From Neoconidiobolus thromboides FSU 785 (Eukaryota > Fungi > Entomophthoromycota): a DNA stretch of 64,000 nucleotides. Position numbers and translations under genes: made by a program. The stretch is from NCBI GenBank assembly GCA_025603075.1, contig MU626359.1, positions 13,842 to 77,841 on the forward strand, given 5' to 3'. The notes under the pieces are model-generated. The model did not search any database and was not told where the DNA came from. It saw nothing but the letters and a program-made list of their open reading frames with translations. Below are positions 22,956 through 35,866 of the stretch, piece by piece (within the stretch, counting starts at the first letter, position 1; each line of letters opens with the position of its first letter).

Positions 22956-24584
22956 TTAATACTTATTCTTATGCTTTTTAAGACCACCATCATTACCTTG
23001 AGGGGTATTAACTTCTGGTTTTGGAGTAACGGTTTCTGGAGTTTTTTCAGCGTTAGTAGAGCTTGATGATGAATCATTTGGTACTTCAGTTGGGTATTTC
23101 TTTTTACCACTTGGTGTATTAGTTTCTGGTGTCTTTCCGGCTTCAGTAGAAGTAGAAGATGAATCTTCAGGTACATTTACTGGGTACTTATCCTTTTTAG
23201 TTGGAGTATTTGTCTCTGGTTTTGGAGTATTTCCATTTTCTGGAGTTTTACCAGCTTCGGTAGAGGTTGAAGACGAATCGGTTGGTATATTTACTGGGTA
23301 TTTATCTTTTGGTTTTTCGCTAGATGGTATACCTTGTGGAACAGAGTTATTTTGTTGTGGAGTATTGTTCTGTTGTGGAGTATTGTTTTGTTGTGGAGTA
23401 TTGTTTTGTTGTGGAGTATTGTTTTGTTGTGGAGTATTGTTTTGTTGTGGAGTATTGTTTTGTTGTGGAATACCATTTTCTGGAACTGAGTTATTTTGAG
23501 GGGTATTAATCTCGGGTTTTGGGGTATTACCATTTTGTGGAACTTTATCAGCTTGAGTAGAACTAGTAGAAGTTTCTTCAGGTAAATTTACTGGATACTT
23601 GTCCTTTTTAGTTGAAGTATTATCCTCTGGTTTTGGAGTATTTCCATTTTCTGGAGTGTTAGTTTCATCGGTGGAAGTAGAAGATGAATCAGTAGGTAAC
23701 TCTACTGGATACTTGTCCTTTTTAGTTGAAGTATTATCCTCTAATTTTGGAGTATTTCCATTTTCTGAAGTATTAGTTTCAGGTTTTGTAGTGTTACCAC
23801 TTTCTGGGATGGATTTATCTTGTGGAGTATTAGTTTCTGTTTTTGGAGTATTTCCATTTTCAGGGGTCTTACCAGCTTCGGTGGAAGTAGAAGATGAATC
23901 AGTAGGTAACTCTACTGGATACTTGTCCTTTTTAGTTGAAGTATTATCCTCTAATTTTGGAGTATTTCCATTTTCTGAAGTATTAGTTTCAGGTTTTGTA
24001 GTGTTACCACTTTCTGGGATGGATTTATCTTGTGGAGTATTAGTTTCTGTTTTTGGAGTATTTCCATTTTCAGGGGTCTTACCAGCTTCAGTGGAAGTAG
24101 AAGATGAATCAGTAGGTAACTCTACTGGATACTTGTTTTTGCCAGTTGGGGTATTCGTCTCTGATTTTGGAGTATTCCCATTTTCTGGAGTCTTTTCAGC
24201 ATTGGTGGAGCTAGATGATGAATCTTCAGGTACATTTACTGGATACTTGTCCTTTGATTTTCCACCAATGGGTTTTTCAGCATTTGGATTGAGACCAGTT
24301 GGCACAACAATTGGTGTATTTTGAGGAGTGTTTGCATTATTATTATCAGTTGGTTTTAAAACGTCTACTACAGCAGGACCAGCCTGAGGAGTACTTCCTT
24401 TATTACTCTCCATAATTTTTTGAATAATTTGTTTTAATTGATTAACATCAGTAATTTGTTCTGGGATTTTAACACCACTTTGTGCTAAGTTAGAAGCATC
24501 AATGCTTGGATTTCTACGAAGTAAAGGGCTTCCTTGTAAAAAGGATAATAAATTTATCAAAATCAAGGCAGTGGTAGTTCTCAT
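22956..24584 (-). CDS. Secreted repetitive Ser/Thr/Pro/Asn-rich protein with recurring K-x-K-Y-P motifs
   Basis: 542 aa; signal peptide then SPLLRR; eight KYP units plus terminal KNKY; PQQNNT repeats. Confidence 0.85.
   Translation of the reverse strand: MRTTTALILINLLSFLQGSPLLRRNPSIDASNLAQSGVKIPEQITDVNQLKQIIQKIMESNKGSTPQAGPAVVDVLKPTDNNNANTPQNTPIVVPTGLNPNAEKPIGGKSKDKYPVNVPEDSSSSSTNAEKTPENGNTPKSETNTPTGKNKYPVELPTDSSSTSTEAGKTPENGNTPKTETNTPQDKSIPESGNTTKPETNTSENGNTPKLEDNTSTKKDKYPVELPTDSSSTSTEAGKTPENGNTPKTETNTPQDKSIPESGNTTKPETNTSENGNTPKLEDNTSTKKDKYPVELPTDSSSTSTDETNTPENGNTPKPEDNTSTKKDKYPVNLPEETSTSSTQADKVPQNGNTPKPEINTPQNNSVPENGIPQQNNTPQQNNTPQQNNTPQQNNTPQQNNTPQQNNTPQQNNSVPQGIPSSEKPKDKYPVNIPTDSSSTSTEAGKTPENGNTPKPETNTPTKKDKYPVNVPEDSSSTSTEAGKTPETNTPSGKKKYPTEVPNDSSSSSTNAEKTPETVTPKPEVNTPQGNDGGLKKHKNKY
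23352..23470. repeat. 18-bp minisatellite (PQQNNT x ~6-7)
   Basis: tgttgtggagtattgttt tandem array. Confidence 0.92.
23671..24132. repeat. 210-bp (70-codon) intragenic tandem duplication, ~2.2 units
   Basis: Units start at 23671, 23881 and 24091; the first two differ at one base by eye. Confidence 0.93.
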
Positions 24585-25662
24585 GTTGAATCAATCAATG
24601 TATATATTCTAGTTCCAATCAATGGGTATTTAGTAAAGTAATAAGGTGGATTGTATATAAGAAATTAATATAATATACTAGTTTTTTAAAAATTTAGTGA
24701 GTTGAAATATGATGCTTATATACTATTAACTTCTTATTTATTATATCATTAAGTATATTATTTAACGGTTTTGTTTTATTATATTATTATAGTTTAGATA
24801 TTAATTGTTCCCTTACCAATTTTTATCTTAATTGTATTGTTTATTTTAATCAATTAGTGACGCTATTATGTGCGGTTCAACTTATATTAAATCTGCTATT
24901 TTTTTAGCTCAAGAATCCGATTTGAAATATTCAATGAAGTAGAATCGACTCATGATTGAAAGTGTAATAGTTATATTAAAAATCCGCTATTTTTTATAGT
25001 GGCTAAAAGAGCTAGCTCTCATATAGCTAATACAGATTTGTTTCAAATTTAATTAAACTAATAGTTTTGTTCTTGGAACTTGAGCTATTTTTTTAATATC
25101 AATAGAGATTTTAGAAGCTTTTATAAGTATTGGCTCTACTTGTTAAATAACTAATCAAAGCAAGATAACATTCTGAACCAAATAAGTTACTTTAATTATA
25201 TATCATTCAAATAAAAGATAACTAGATATTAATAACTATAAGGTTAGTTCGACTATAATGTTTTTATAAAAAATAGTAACGAGGGGTACAAAAGTAATTA
25301 AATATTTGTTGGAGCATAAAGTTTATGTGGAACCTATGCTTGAATAGCTCTTAAAACAGAAGGATTTTATTATTTTATTTAAACTTTCCCTGTTTAAAAC
25401 TGGATGATTTTAATAAAAACAATACAATTCAAATATTCTAAATTTAACTAATTACCTTGCTAGCCGGTTCTATCTAAATAACTTAGTCCTCAAATTCACT
25501 AACTTAGGCATCTGTCATTTTCATTTTATCTAAAAAAGCACTTATTGCCATCGCCTTTCAAGAAAAAAGATGATTATATCAATATAATATTATTTATTCA
25601 TCAAGATCGACATAATAGTTGATTAAGTCTAAACACTCAAGCGTTGAAAATTGATAAGAAAT

Positions 25663-25767
25663 ATATGGGTATGTATTTTTGTATTTGAGGATTTTACTAA
25701 CAATTTTTCCACTCAAATAGCGTTTAAAAGATGGAAAAAATAATGAAGCCAAAAAACATCACCATAT
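25663..25767 (+). mobile_element. MITE-like element
   Basis: ATAT flanks, family core. Confidence 0.9.
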
Positions 25768-25790
25768 ATTATTTGTATAGCTTTTAATAT

Positions 25791-25896
25791 ATATGGGAGT
25801 GTTTTTTTTGACTCCATTATTTTTCCATTTTTTAAGTACTATTTAAAGCGAAAATTTGTTAGCAAAATTCTTAAACACAAAAATACATCCCCATAT
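25791..25896 (-). mobile_element. MITE-like element
   Basis: Reverse copy ~25 bp from the 25663 copy; together a ~230-bp inverted repeat. Confidence 0.9.
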
Positions 25897-26072
25897 CTTA
25901 TTATTGTGTTAACCTACATCATTTAATCTTATTTAGATCTACTGCTTACGCAACTAAAATCTAGAATTAAAACATAAACCAACTACTGAATATTTAATAA
26001 AGGCATAATTTTATTACATTTACATTACTGATTTAACTCAAAAAATAATACAAATCTTTTCTATCGTAGCTT

Positions 26073-26712
26073 TTATCGATATCTTAGGCACAAGCAACTA
26101 AAAATGGGCGTAGCACCCGTTTTTGAAGCATCAAGAGCTTTAATACAGAACATGTTATATTCAGCTCGTAGTTTATACTTGTCGTGATAGTCAGTATTAC
26201 AAAAGTTTGTGTATATGCTGATGACTTTAAAGTAGTGTTTGTGGTAATCGGTAGTAGGTTTGCACTCTTTAAAATTTAAATCGAAGTACATTTCACTGGA
26301 AATAGGTTCACTTGCAATATTATCTCCAAAGCTTCTGATACCGTTACTATTGGTATTTCGTTGAATCAGCTCAAGTTCCTCTATTTATTCCTTAAACCTA
26401 CTGAAAACTAGCTTCTCTTCAATACTAATACACATGTTTTACTATTGATCTATGATAGAAAAGGCTATAGTAAGAGTCACTGCAGGTCTTAAGAATACCA
26501 GATAAGTCATCTTTACTTCTAGCTTGAGATATATATTATTTGAATCAACGATTATTAGCAAATGGTTGGCCGTCACAGTTATGTAAAATGATCTTTTAAA
26601 AAGATGCATAGCTTTATCATCAATAGGTCTTAAACTATGATGGCTAAAGGGGAATACTGTAATAGTGTAAGTTAAGAAAACTAAGAAGTAAACACAATAT
26701 CATTAAATTTCC
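26073..26712 (-). pseudogene. Small secreted protein family A pseudogene
   Basis: Fragments FPFSHHSLRPIDDKAMHLFKR and DLNFKECKPTTDYH...KLRAEY align to 47408-47977; start codon lost; frameshifts. Confidence 0.8.
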
Positions 26713-26804
26713 TTTTCGTTTATATAGTTTGGTAGATAGTCCTGTTTTATGTTTCCAAAATTAAACCCTTAATGAGTGATTACTTTGTGTTCAGTAAGTT
26801 CGAA

Positions 26805-26906
26805 ATATGGGGATGTATTTTTTTGTTTAAGAATTTTACTAACCTTTCCACTCAAATAACGCTTAAAAATAGAAAAGTAATGAAGCCAAAAAAAACATCC
26901 TCATAT
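26805..26906 (+). mobile_element. MITE-like element
   Basis: ATAT-GGGGATGT...ACATCCTC-ATAT. Confidence 0.9.
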
Positions 26907-28142
26907 TATACTTAAATTAGCTATAATGGCTCAATTTGAATTTAACTTTGTTTGTTTAAACTACAAGGCGTTATCTACAATAAAAGGTACTTCAACTATT
27001 CTGATATATTTTATGATTCTATTTGTAATTTTTTTATCAAGTCAAAATATACAAATATAGTTGCCAAATGAACTAATTGAAAAAACTGAATGCCCAGAAT
27101 TAAAACATTTGTACACAAATGATAAATATTATAATAAAACTAGTAAAAAGAGAATATAAATAAATAAAAGATTATAGAAAATTTATGTTCAATATTATGA
27201 TGTTTGTATGATTTACCTTTATTAAAAGCATTAAAAAAAGTTGTAAACTACAAGTTTTAAGCATATATTTTGAATTTTACTTATTTAAAAATGTTAATTT
27301 ATCAATAATCAATGCGTTTTTTAAACAATATATATATTGCTTATGAATATTGCTTATAATATAGTATTAATATCATAGCATAGCATTTGAATAATAAAAC
27401 AGTCAACTTTCAAATACTCCAGTCATTAAAAATAACTAATAAAATTTAACTAAATTTGACATTATTTAAAATCGTAAGCCAACCTTTAACAAATTGATTA
27501 TAAGATTTCAATTTTTTTCTTATGAATTTTCATAATATGATAATATCATTATAAATTGATCTTGAAATAATTTACATTCAATAATCATATGTTTGACTTT
27601 TATTTGCAATACCTTAACTTCATTCTCTCAGTTTGTTTAAGCTTTTTTCTTATCCTTAGAGTCCCTTCATATTTTTATTATCCTAGCTAACTTCTGGGCC
27701 ATTCAGCCTTATCGCATCAAGTTTCTACCCTTATGGCATCTAAATATCAGCTTTTTATGTAGCCATTTTATCATGCGCCTATTCGCATTTAAGTTTAGAT
27801 GTGGATGTAAAAGTTATACAGGACAGCACTATAGATTTTTAATAAAAATGAATTGAAAATTATAAGGATTCAAAATCAACATTGCTTCATCAAATAGGAT
27901 TTAAATACTTTAAAGACTAAATTATAAACAGTTGTATGGTTTAAAAATATGCAATGCTACATTTAGAATAGCTGTTTATCATACAAGTAAATTAATCGTT
28001 TAATCAATTATCAAATTTTAAATACAAATATAATAATTTTCCTTTTTAGGAAAAATTCAAAATTCAATTTCGAATCTAATGATTCAAATAGGATAAAAAT
28101 CACTCAAAATCAAGGATTTTAGAAAACTTCTTTCTTTAAATC

Positions 28143-30354
28143 ATGACTGAAGAAAATCAAACACAACCTAATGATAAAGAGTATCTTAATTTAAATTATC
28201 AACAATGGACCTTTGGAACTACAAAGAATCCAGATGAGAGTAAGCTATTTTGATTTTCAATTATTGATAAGATTATAATTAATAAAAAATAAACTAGTTT
28301 TAAATTTATTACCTGAGTTTCAATTGGATCCAAAAGAAGAAGAAGATAGTAATTCAACAGAAGAAGTAGATGAATCATTTCTTAATGAACAAAAAGAAGA
28401 TCAAGGTTTTTTAAATTATATGGCTAATTATTTGGAAAAAGTAGATGTCTCTTATTTGTAAGTTGGATGATTTATTATTATATAATTTATTTGATGTATT
28501 ATTAATTTATTAGAAAATTCAAACCTATTGATAATATAGATGGAGATAGAAAACAAAACTATCAATCTAGTTTACCACCTTTAGCTGAGGGTATTTTAAG
28601 AGGTTCGACAATGAGATATAAACAGCTGTTGACAATAAGTAAGCTCAATGAAGTTTATATAATACTTCAAGTCGTAATCTTTATATCCATTTTAGATAAG
28701 TTAACAATAGAAACAAACGATTTAAATCCAGAAAAAATAATAGAAGATTACTTAAAACCATTTGAAAATGAAGAAGAAAGTGAATTTGATCAATCTTTTG
28801 GAGTAAAAAACAATAACGACAGTAATTTTTATTTTATTTTTTATACAATTAAAATTAATAATAAATTATAAAGATATGGGTAATGAGGATGATTCGAATG
28901 AAAATGGTAAGTATAGATTATTACTAAATTATATGCATTGATATATATTCAAAATATTAAATGTATTTTTGATGTTACTAATGCTTATTATTACATACTA
29001 AATTATGCATTAATCGATTACTTATTTAAACGTAGATATATTAAATACATCGGGTACATTTGAACAAAAAGTGAAAACAGAAGAAGAAGTCAAACAGGGT
29101 AATTTAATTCAAATACATCGAAGCTCAATTGTAAAAATTTAATTAGAAAATATGAATGAATTAAAAAAATATATGCTAGAAATTAATGAATTTGAAAGTC
29201 AAATGAGTGGGGATAAAGAATATTTACCAGAAGAAGACTTGTTATATATTGATTTGGATATGACTTTAATATCTAATTCACCTTTGATGAAATTACAAAA
29301 ATTATTTGGTAAAGTAAGTAAATATGATGGATTTGATTTGATAGATAAGGATATGCTTTCGAATATATTTTATTTATTGCATAATTGTATCAAATATGCG
29401 GAATTTAAGACTTTGTTTGAAATCAATTCAAATTGTAACATAACTTTTACAGAGGATAATTTGGAAGAAGAATTTCAATCTGTTTGCACAACAATTAAAT
29501 ATGGTTTGTTAGCGACTAATTTAACACTAAGCATAGCCAATAAGTTAGAGATTAACCGATGTTTATACAGTGAAAACATTATGACTTCATCTCTAAGTTT
29601 CATACGAAATCAATTAACTTTCACATTATTTCCATCGATTGAAGTAGTCAAAGGAGGGTTTAATACAGCCAAATTCACAAATTTGTCGAAATCATTTATG
29701 AGAACATTGCAATATAATTTATCACAATTATCTAATGTTGCGTTTCAAGTTGCCAATTTTTTTCATGATTTTAAATTATTTATAAAAGATAGTGAAATTG
29801 GATTAAGTATTGTAATAACATTAAGTTATATTTGTATATCTAGTTTATTTGTGGATTTAACTGGGGGTAAAAAATACACAATATTTAGTAAAGGTTCTGG
29901 TAGTTTGTTTAAAAAACAATTCCAGGGAACTCTAGAAATTGTAAGTTTTGATTTTTTTTGTTAGATTTGCTAATTTAAGTTAATAATAATATAGATATTT
30001 ACTAATTATCCAGATCAAAGATCTTGGATACTTGAGGAAATATTAGCTTCTTTAATTAAATTACCACTAAATAAAAGAACAAGTAAAACTCATAGGTAAA
30101 TATGTTTATGATAAATATTTAAAATATAATAATTGTAATCTAACAATGATACAATACTAAACATAAATATAAATAGGTTAATTGATGGAAGATTTTTACA
30201 TTCTTCTACAGTATTAATACTTCAATTAATACAAAATATGTTTGAGAATTCTATTTCTAAATGGGTATTAGAATCTAAAGATTACCAAGAATTTGCTGTC
30301 GATCAATTTTCTCCAAAATCAAATGCATTTCGTCAAATAACTGATAAAGTAAAT

Positions 30355-30387
<33 letters not shown>

Positions 30388-33300
30388 GTAATAACAATAA
30401 TTTTTATTAACATTTTGTTATATTTGTTGTCATTTAGCTATATTCAAATTGGAAATATCATATTGAAGAAGCAAGTAAAATTATTGGATTTACTTTGAAG
30501 TATTTATTTTCAAGGTAATTTAACTATTTTGTTAACCTTATTATATTTATTTAATAGTAAATTGTAATAGAATTATAAAAAACAAAAATCAAAACGATAG
30601 TGAATATCGAATCATATTAGATAATATACTTGAAGATTCATTAACTATATTAAATTTACCAGAATGGCCAGGAGCGGAAATATTATTAAGAGTCATGACT
30701 ACAATTTTAGTTGGATTTGCTGATGATTCAACAACAGAGCAACAACTTAAAGGGTTTGCTATTGAATATCTAGGACATATAGCAGCAAGAATAAAAAAGC
30801 ATAACATTCAATCTTTAGAATCTGATTATCTTGAAGAATGTACAAAAAGTTCAAAAAGTCATGATTCAGAAATCATTGCTACTTTAGCTCAACTTCCGGA
30901 ATCGCTTTCATTATCACTTCCTATTAGTTCCATTGAAACTTTATTAGTATGCGAAGATAAAATACAATTGTATTTACAAGCACTTTCAACAGAAGATTCT
31001 TTGTATGAAGTAATTTTTATTTTGTATTTAATACTATTTTATAATAATTGTATTCTTAAAGGGAGCAAGGAAACTTCATTTGTGCCAATTTGGTATGACT
31101 CTACTTAAAATTTATCATGAGTCTACTCAAAATGATAGCAATAGTAAAGAAGTGGCAAAGCAATCATTAAATAAACGAAGTACTGAGATGATCAATTCCT
31201 ATTTAGCAAAAGTCATAGCTTTATCTTGTACTAAAAATACAATTGATTCAATTAAAGTATCTGAGCAACTAGAAACACAAAATAGAGATATTATTTGTAT
31301 ATTAAATGAAGCAATAGCCTTTAGAAAGCCATTATATCAATGTTTTAATTCAATATTATCAAGAATATTATTATGTTTGGAAATGAATGTATTATCCTAT
31401 CGATCTAAATCAATTAAAGCAATAACACAGATAGTATCTAATCATCCTGAGATAATTAATATACCAAAACTAAGATCATCAATACTTTATAGAATACAAG
31501 ATACATCAGCTTCTGTGAGAGATTCAGCAGTAGACTTGATTGGAAGATATATGAATTTAAAGCCAGAAACGATACCTGAATGTTATAAAATTGTTAGTGA
31601 AAGAGTATTAGATATTGCAACAGCAGTTAGAAAAAGAGTAGTTCGATTATTAAGGGATTTATATTCAACAATTAAAGATCGTAATTTAATGATTGACATT
31701 TGTTGTAAAATATTAAACAGAACGTATGATGATGAATTTCATGTTAGGGAATTAGCTATTAAAATATTGCAAGATATTTGGTTTATGCCATTAAAAAAAT
31801 ATAAATTACCACTTGATTATGATTTAAATACTTTAAATGATTCTAAAATAAAATTTGAAAGTATTTCCATTTTAGGGCAAAAAGAATTAATTGAAAGGGT
31901 ATCTATCATAATTGATGTTGTTAAAGTAACATGTGTATCTTTAGAAACAGATCAAGTTATTGTTGATTTTATATCCAAATCATTAGATAAACCAAAAGAT
32001 AATAAAAACGAAGCTTATAAACGATGGGGAAGTAACATGATTATGGCCAAATTAACTGTGAGTTGTTTATTAAATCAATTAGTTAATTTACCAGAAAACA
32101 TTAATGTCAATATTATTTCAAGTATATTAAAATGTATTTATACTTTTTGCTCATCAAAAAGTTCTTTAATACCAATCAATCATATACCTACTTTAGAGCC
32201 TTATTTAGGTTGTTTTAACGAACCTTCAGAGCAAATGAATATGTATTATGTATTAAAGATATATAATCAAGTAATTGCTAATGCTAGTTATAATTATCCT
32301 AAATTATTAAGCTCCATTGAAGGTACTTTATTAAATTCATTACCTAAATTATCCCCTATTGTATTATGTGAAGCTATTCCATGTTTATGTGTTGTTTCAG
32401 AAATGATTGGTAGTATTGAACTAAAGATTAGTAAATTATATCAGTCATGTATAGAACTACTGAAAAAAGAAAAGGTTAACTTTGAAAAGCATGGTATACT
32501 TTCAGCAGAAAAGAATACAATACGATTATTATTAATTTGTAGTTTAGTTAGCCAAAATATTGATAAAAAAAGAGGATCTAAAAATATTAACAGAAGATTC
32601 ATTAATAATCAAAAGCTTTTAGATGAAGTTTATGAACTTATATTATTCTTTACAAATAAGGATATGAAAATGATGGTACGATTAGCAGCTATTCAAAGTT
32701 TAGGGTTTGTTATGTTAGAATATCAAAGTTATTTTATTAAAGAAGAATCCTTTGAATTATTTTCAAATATTTTATTATCAAAAAATAAGGATATTAAATT
32801 GAAATTTTTAAATTTACTTTATGATTATTTAGCACAAGAATCGCCAACTATAACGGATATATTAAACAAAACAGAAGATAAAAAGATAATCGGTTTAGAA
32901 GATTTAATTGGTAATACAGAACAAATGGGAGAATCAAGTATCATATGTTCTGTTATGCAATATTGTTTAGAAAATATATTAAATTGTGGATTAAGTGGAA
33001 TTCATTCGTTACAAATGAGAGCATTAAAAGTAATTAAACCAATTGTTGAACAGGGTCATGTTAATCCATTAATGTGTTTACCAGTATTAATTGGCCTAAC
33101 TACAAGTGAAGATAAAAGTTTAAGTAATTTGGCTTATTTTATTTATACAAGTATAGCTATTCGATTTGAATCTATTGCTTATTCAAAAAATATTGAAGCT
33201 GTGCAAGTTACTTATCAATATCATTTAAAAGTTATGGAAAATGAGAGCCTATTTGGGTTTAGACAATCAGATAATGAATTTCCAGTGGGTTTATTAAATG

Positions 33301-34312
33301 ATTTTTATAAATTTATTCGTCATAGTAAACAACGTAGAAATGAATTATTTCATTCTATTATTAAAAACTTCGAATATGATTTTAAACAAAATCTAAATGG
33401 AGTAAATACTATTTAGTAATAATAGTAATATAAATAATTGTTTATTTTTTAGGTGGATGTTCAATATCATAAATTTATATTGGAAAATTTAGCGTTTTTA
33501 GAATATAAAACATTAGATGAACCAATTTATTTAATTACATTAATTAATCAAGTAATTTCTACAACAGGTGCTGATGTAATTCATTATATTGATAACGAAG
33601 ATAAAAAAGGTAGTTTAAATAACAGCGATATTATAGTATACGTTGATATTAACTTTGTAAAATAGAAGAAGACAATATTTCCGATTTATTATTAGCTAAA
33701 CTTTCTGACTCAATGAGTTGTTTATTAATTTTGAAAATTAATCTACAAATGCTATATACTATTAGTAGTTCGTAAGTTTATAAATTGTTAATAATGGCAA
33801 TAATAATAAATAATAACCTTAACTTTAATATAGTAAATTGATGACATATAGAACAGAAGATAGTAAATTATTTAAAGATAAACCATTGACTAAATATACT
33901 GGATTTGACCCAACGGGTGATTGGACAAGTTTTAAATTTTCTTTTGGTACAGTTGAAGACGAAATAGCATTAAATATTGCTAGTGAAAGAGTAATTCTAT
34001 TTAAATAATAGAAATACATATTTGACTTATTATTATTAGTTTAAAACCTTTTTGTCCCGAGATAGCTCTTCCTTATTAGATTGTGAAGATGTTTATTCCA
34101 ACGATACTTCTCATTTAAGAAAGTATCAATTACGTACCAGAAATAAAATCAAAAAAGCATCTGCTTCAAAGGCTGCCATGAAATATCAAGAGGATACAAC
34201 AGACGAAGAAGAGTGGGAAGGGGATAGTGATGAAGAAAGCGAAAATAGTGAAGAGGATAATAGTGATGAAGATTTCATGCCAAGGTTTCCAATTTCTGCT
34301 TTGAAAAAATAA
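28143..34312 (+). CDS. SCC2: Cohesin loader Scc2/NIPBL, multi-exon
   Basis: HEAT-repeat exons with YRSKSIKAITQIV, DTSASVRDSAVDLIGRY and ERVLDIATAVRKRVVRLL; acidic C-terminal tail; exons joined by short GT-AG introns; start approximate. Confidence 0.92.
30354..30400. repeat. (ATA)n microsatellite in an SCC2 intron
   Basis: About 10 perfect ATA units plus degenerate ones. Confidence 0.85.
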
Positions 34313-34556
34313 AGATGATCTAGCTTACAAAAAGAATAATAAAATGTTAAAGGCTATGTTAGATATCAATGCTTATTTTCGATTATTATTTGTTTTATTT
34401 TATTTTAACTAACAGCTACAGAGTGTCTATGTTTAATATAGGATGTTCTAAATTAACACAATATAGTAAACAAAGAACCAGCTAGATAATGTTACTAAAC
34501 TTGAGAAAAAAATAGTTCAGAATGCTATAACTTATTACCTTCAAAGTAGACTGCTG

Positions 34557-34662
34557 TATGTTGAGATGTATTTTTATATCTAAGAATTTTACCAACAATT
34601 TTTCCGCTTAAATAGCGCTTAAAAAATGGAAAAAATAATGAAGTCAAAAAACACTTCCATAT
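34557..34662 (+). mobile_element. MITE-like element
   Basis: Family core ttttccgcttaaatagcgcttaaaaaatggaaaaaataatgaagtc. Confidence 0.85.
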
Positions 34663-34839
34663 AACAAAATCTATCTTTTAATAATCAATAATAATAATCT
34701 TAATAGTTAGTAATTTTTGTAATTTGATAAATTAACATTCATTTTTTATCAAGTATTTTTGTATTATTATATTAGTAAGTTGTTCTTTAAATATATATAA
34801 CAATTAAATTTTTTCAAAGCATTAAAAAATAAATAAAAA

Positions 34840-34939
34840 TATAGGGGCGTTTTTTTGGGTTCATCACTTTTTCCATCTTTTGAGCGCTATTTAAGCAGAA
34901 AAATTGTTAGTAAAATTAAACAAAAATACATTCTCTTAT
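34840..34939 (-). mobile_element. MITE-like element
   Basis: Reverse copy, partner of 34557. Confidence 0.85.
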
Positions 34940-35055
34940 CGTAAAAGTCAAACTTGAGTAATTTGATTTTTAATACTATAAATTTATTGAATTTACAATT
35001 AAATGGTCTCAAAAATTATAAACAAGAAAAGCACTATAACTATAGAAACATCATA

Positions 35056-35866
35056 TTAAGCTTCTATAGTATAATTTGGTGGCATTTTAGGTTCTAAATT
35101 AACCCTATTCTTCCTCAGACCGCAATCATTAGCCCATTGAAACTTAAAGGGTTGTTTCCCAAAATTAAATTGAATAGAGCAAACTCCATTCGAATAAATA
35201 GTAGGATAAAATTGACTTTCTTCGGTTTTAAAATTAATCAATTCGCTTGCGATACCATCTAATGTGTAGTAGAGCTGGGATCGATAGTTATTATAATATA
35301 AACCAATGACTGTAGGAGGAGGGCGGTTAATATGATAAAGCTGTAAGAGTGGATGATGATGGCAGTGGATGGTACCAGTGTTGATATGTAAGCTGATACT
35401 ATTAGGCGAGTTGCCTTAAAGTAATAAAAGTTGTCAGTAATTGTCATTAAGTTATATGTAATTAAATATTTTACTTTTTTAACTTACCTATCTCATTAGA
35501 GTTCAAAACATCCTTCATTGCTAATCCGAAATAAAGGTTGCTAGTAGGAGATAGTTCAAGGATAGTAATTTCTAAATAAATAAATCCATTCCTCTCAACT
35601 GGTAGTTCTGTTTGTACATTAGAAGAAGAGTAGAAATTTATTTTATCTTCAGGATCAATAGTTAATTTGGTGAAATTGTTAGCAGTTAGTATGAATTCAG
35701 GGTAGTAGGGTGAGGTAGGGGAAGGGGATTGGGAGGAAGAAAGACCATTCTTGAGATTTCTGAAATAGATGTATAGGCGATGAAGAAGTATAAGGATAGA
35801 TATGAGGATCAAGATAGCTAATATTGGATAAAATATAGAACGAAAAAGTTGATTAGGATCAGACAT
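35056..35866 (-). CDS. TM-SPRY-PPxY protein (Ssh4/Ear1-like), paralog 4, 2 exons
   Basis: TM; YLEITI, YFGLA, YYTLDG, FYPTIY, FNFG; C-terminal MPPNY; phase-1 intron ~35415-35486 at the same Gly. Confidence 0.82.

Noticed and set aside
23291-24324. 241-aa antisense ORF and other overlapping ORFs in the repeat protein
   Set aside because: By-products of the tandem repeats; the minus-strand frame has the signal peptide and coherent structure.
27620-27830. Slightly GC-richer, coding-like stretch upstream of SCC2
   Set aside because: All frames are interrupted and no motif is recognisable; possibly an old relic, but not supportable.
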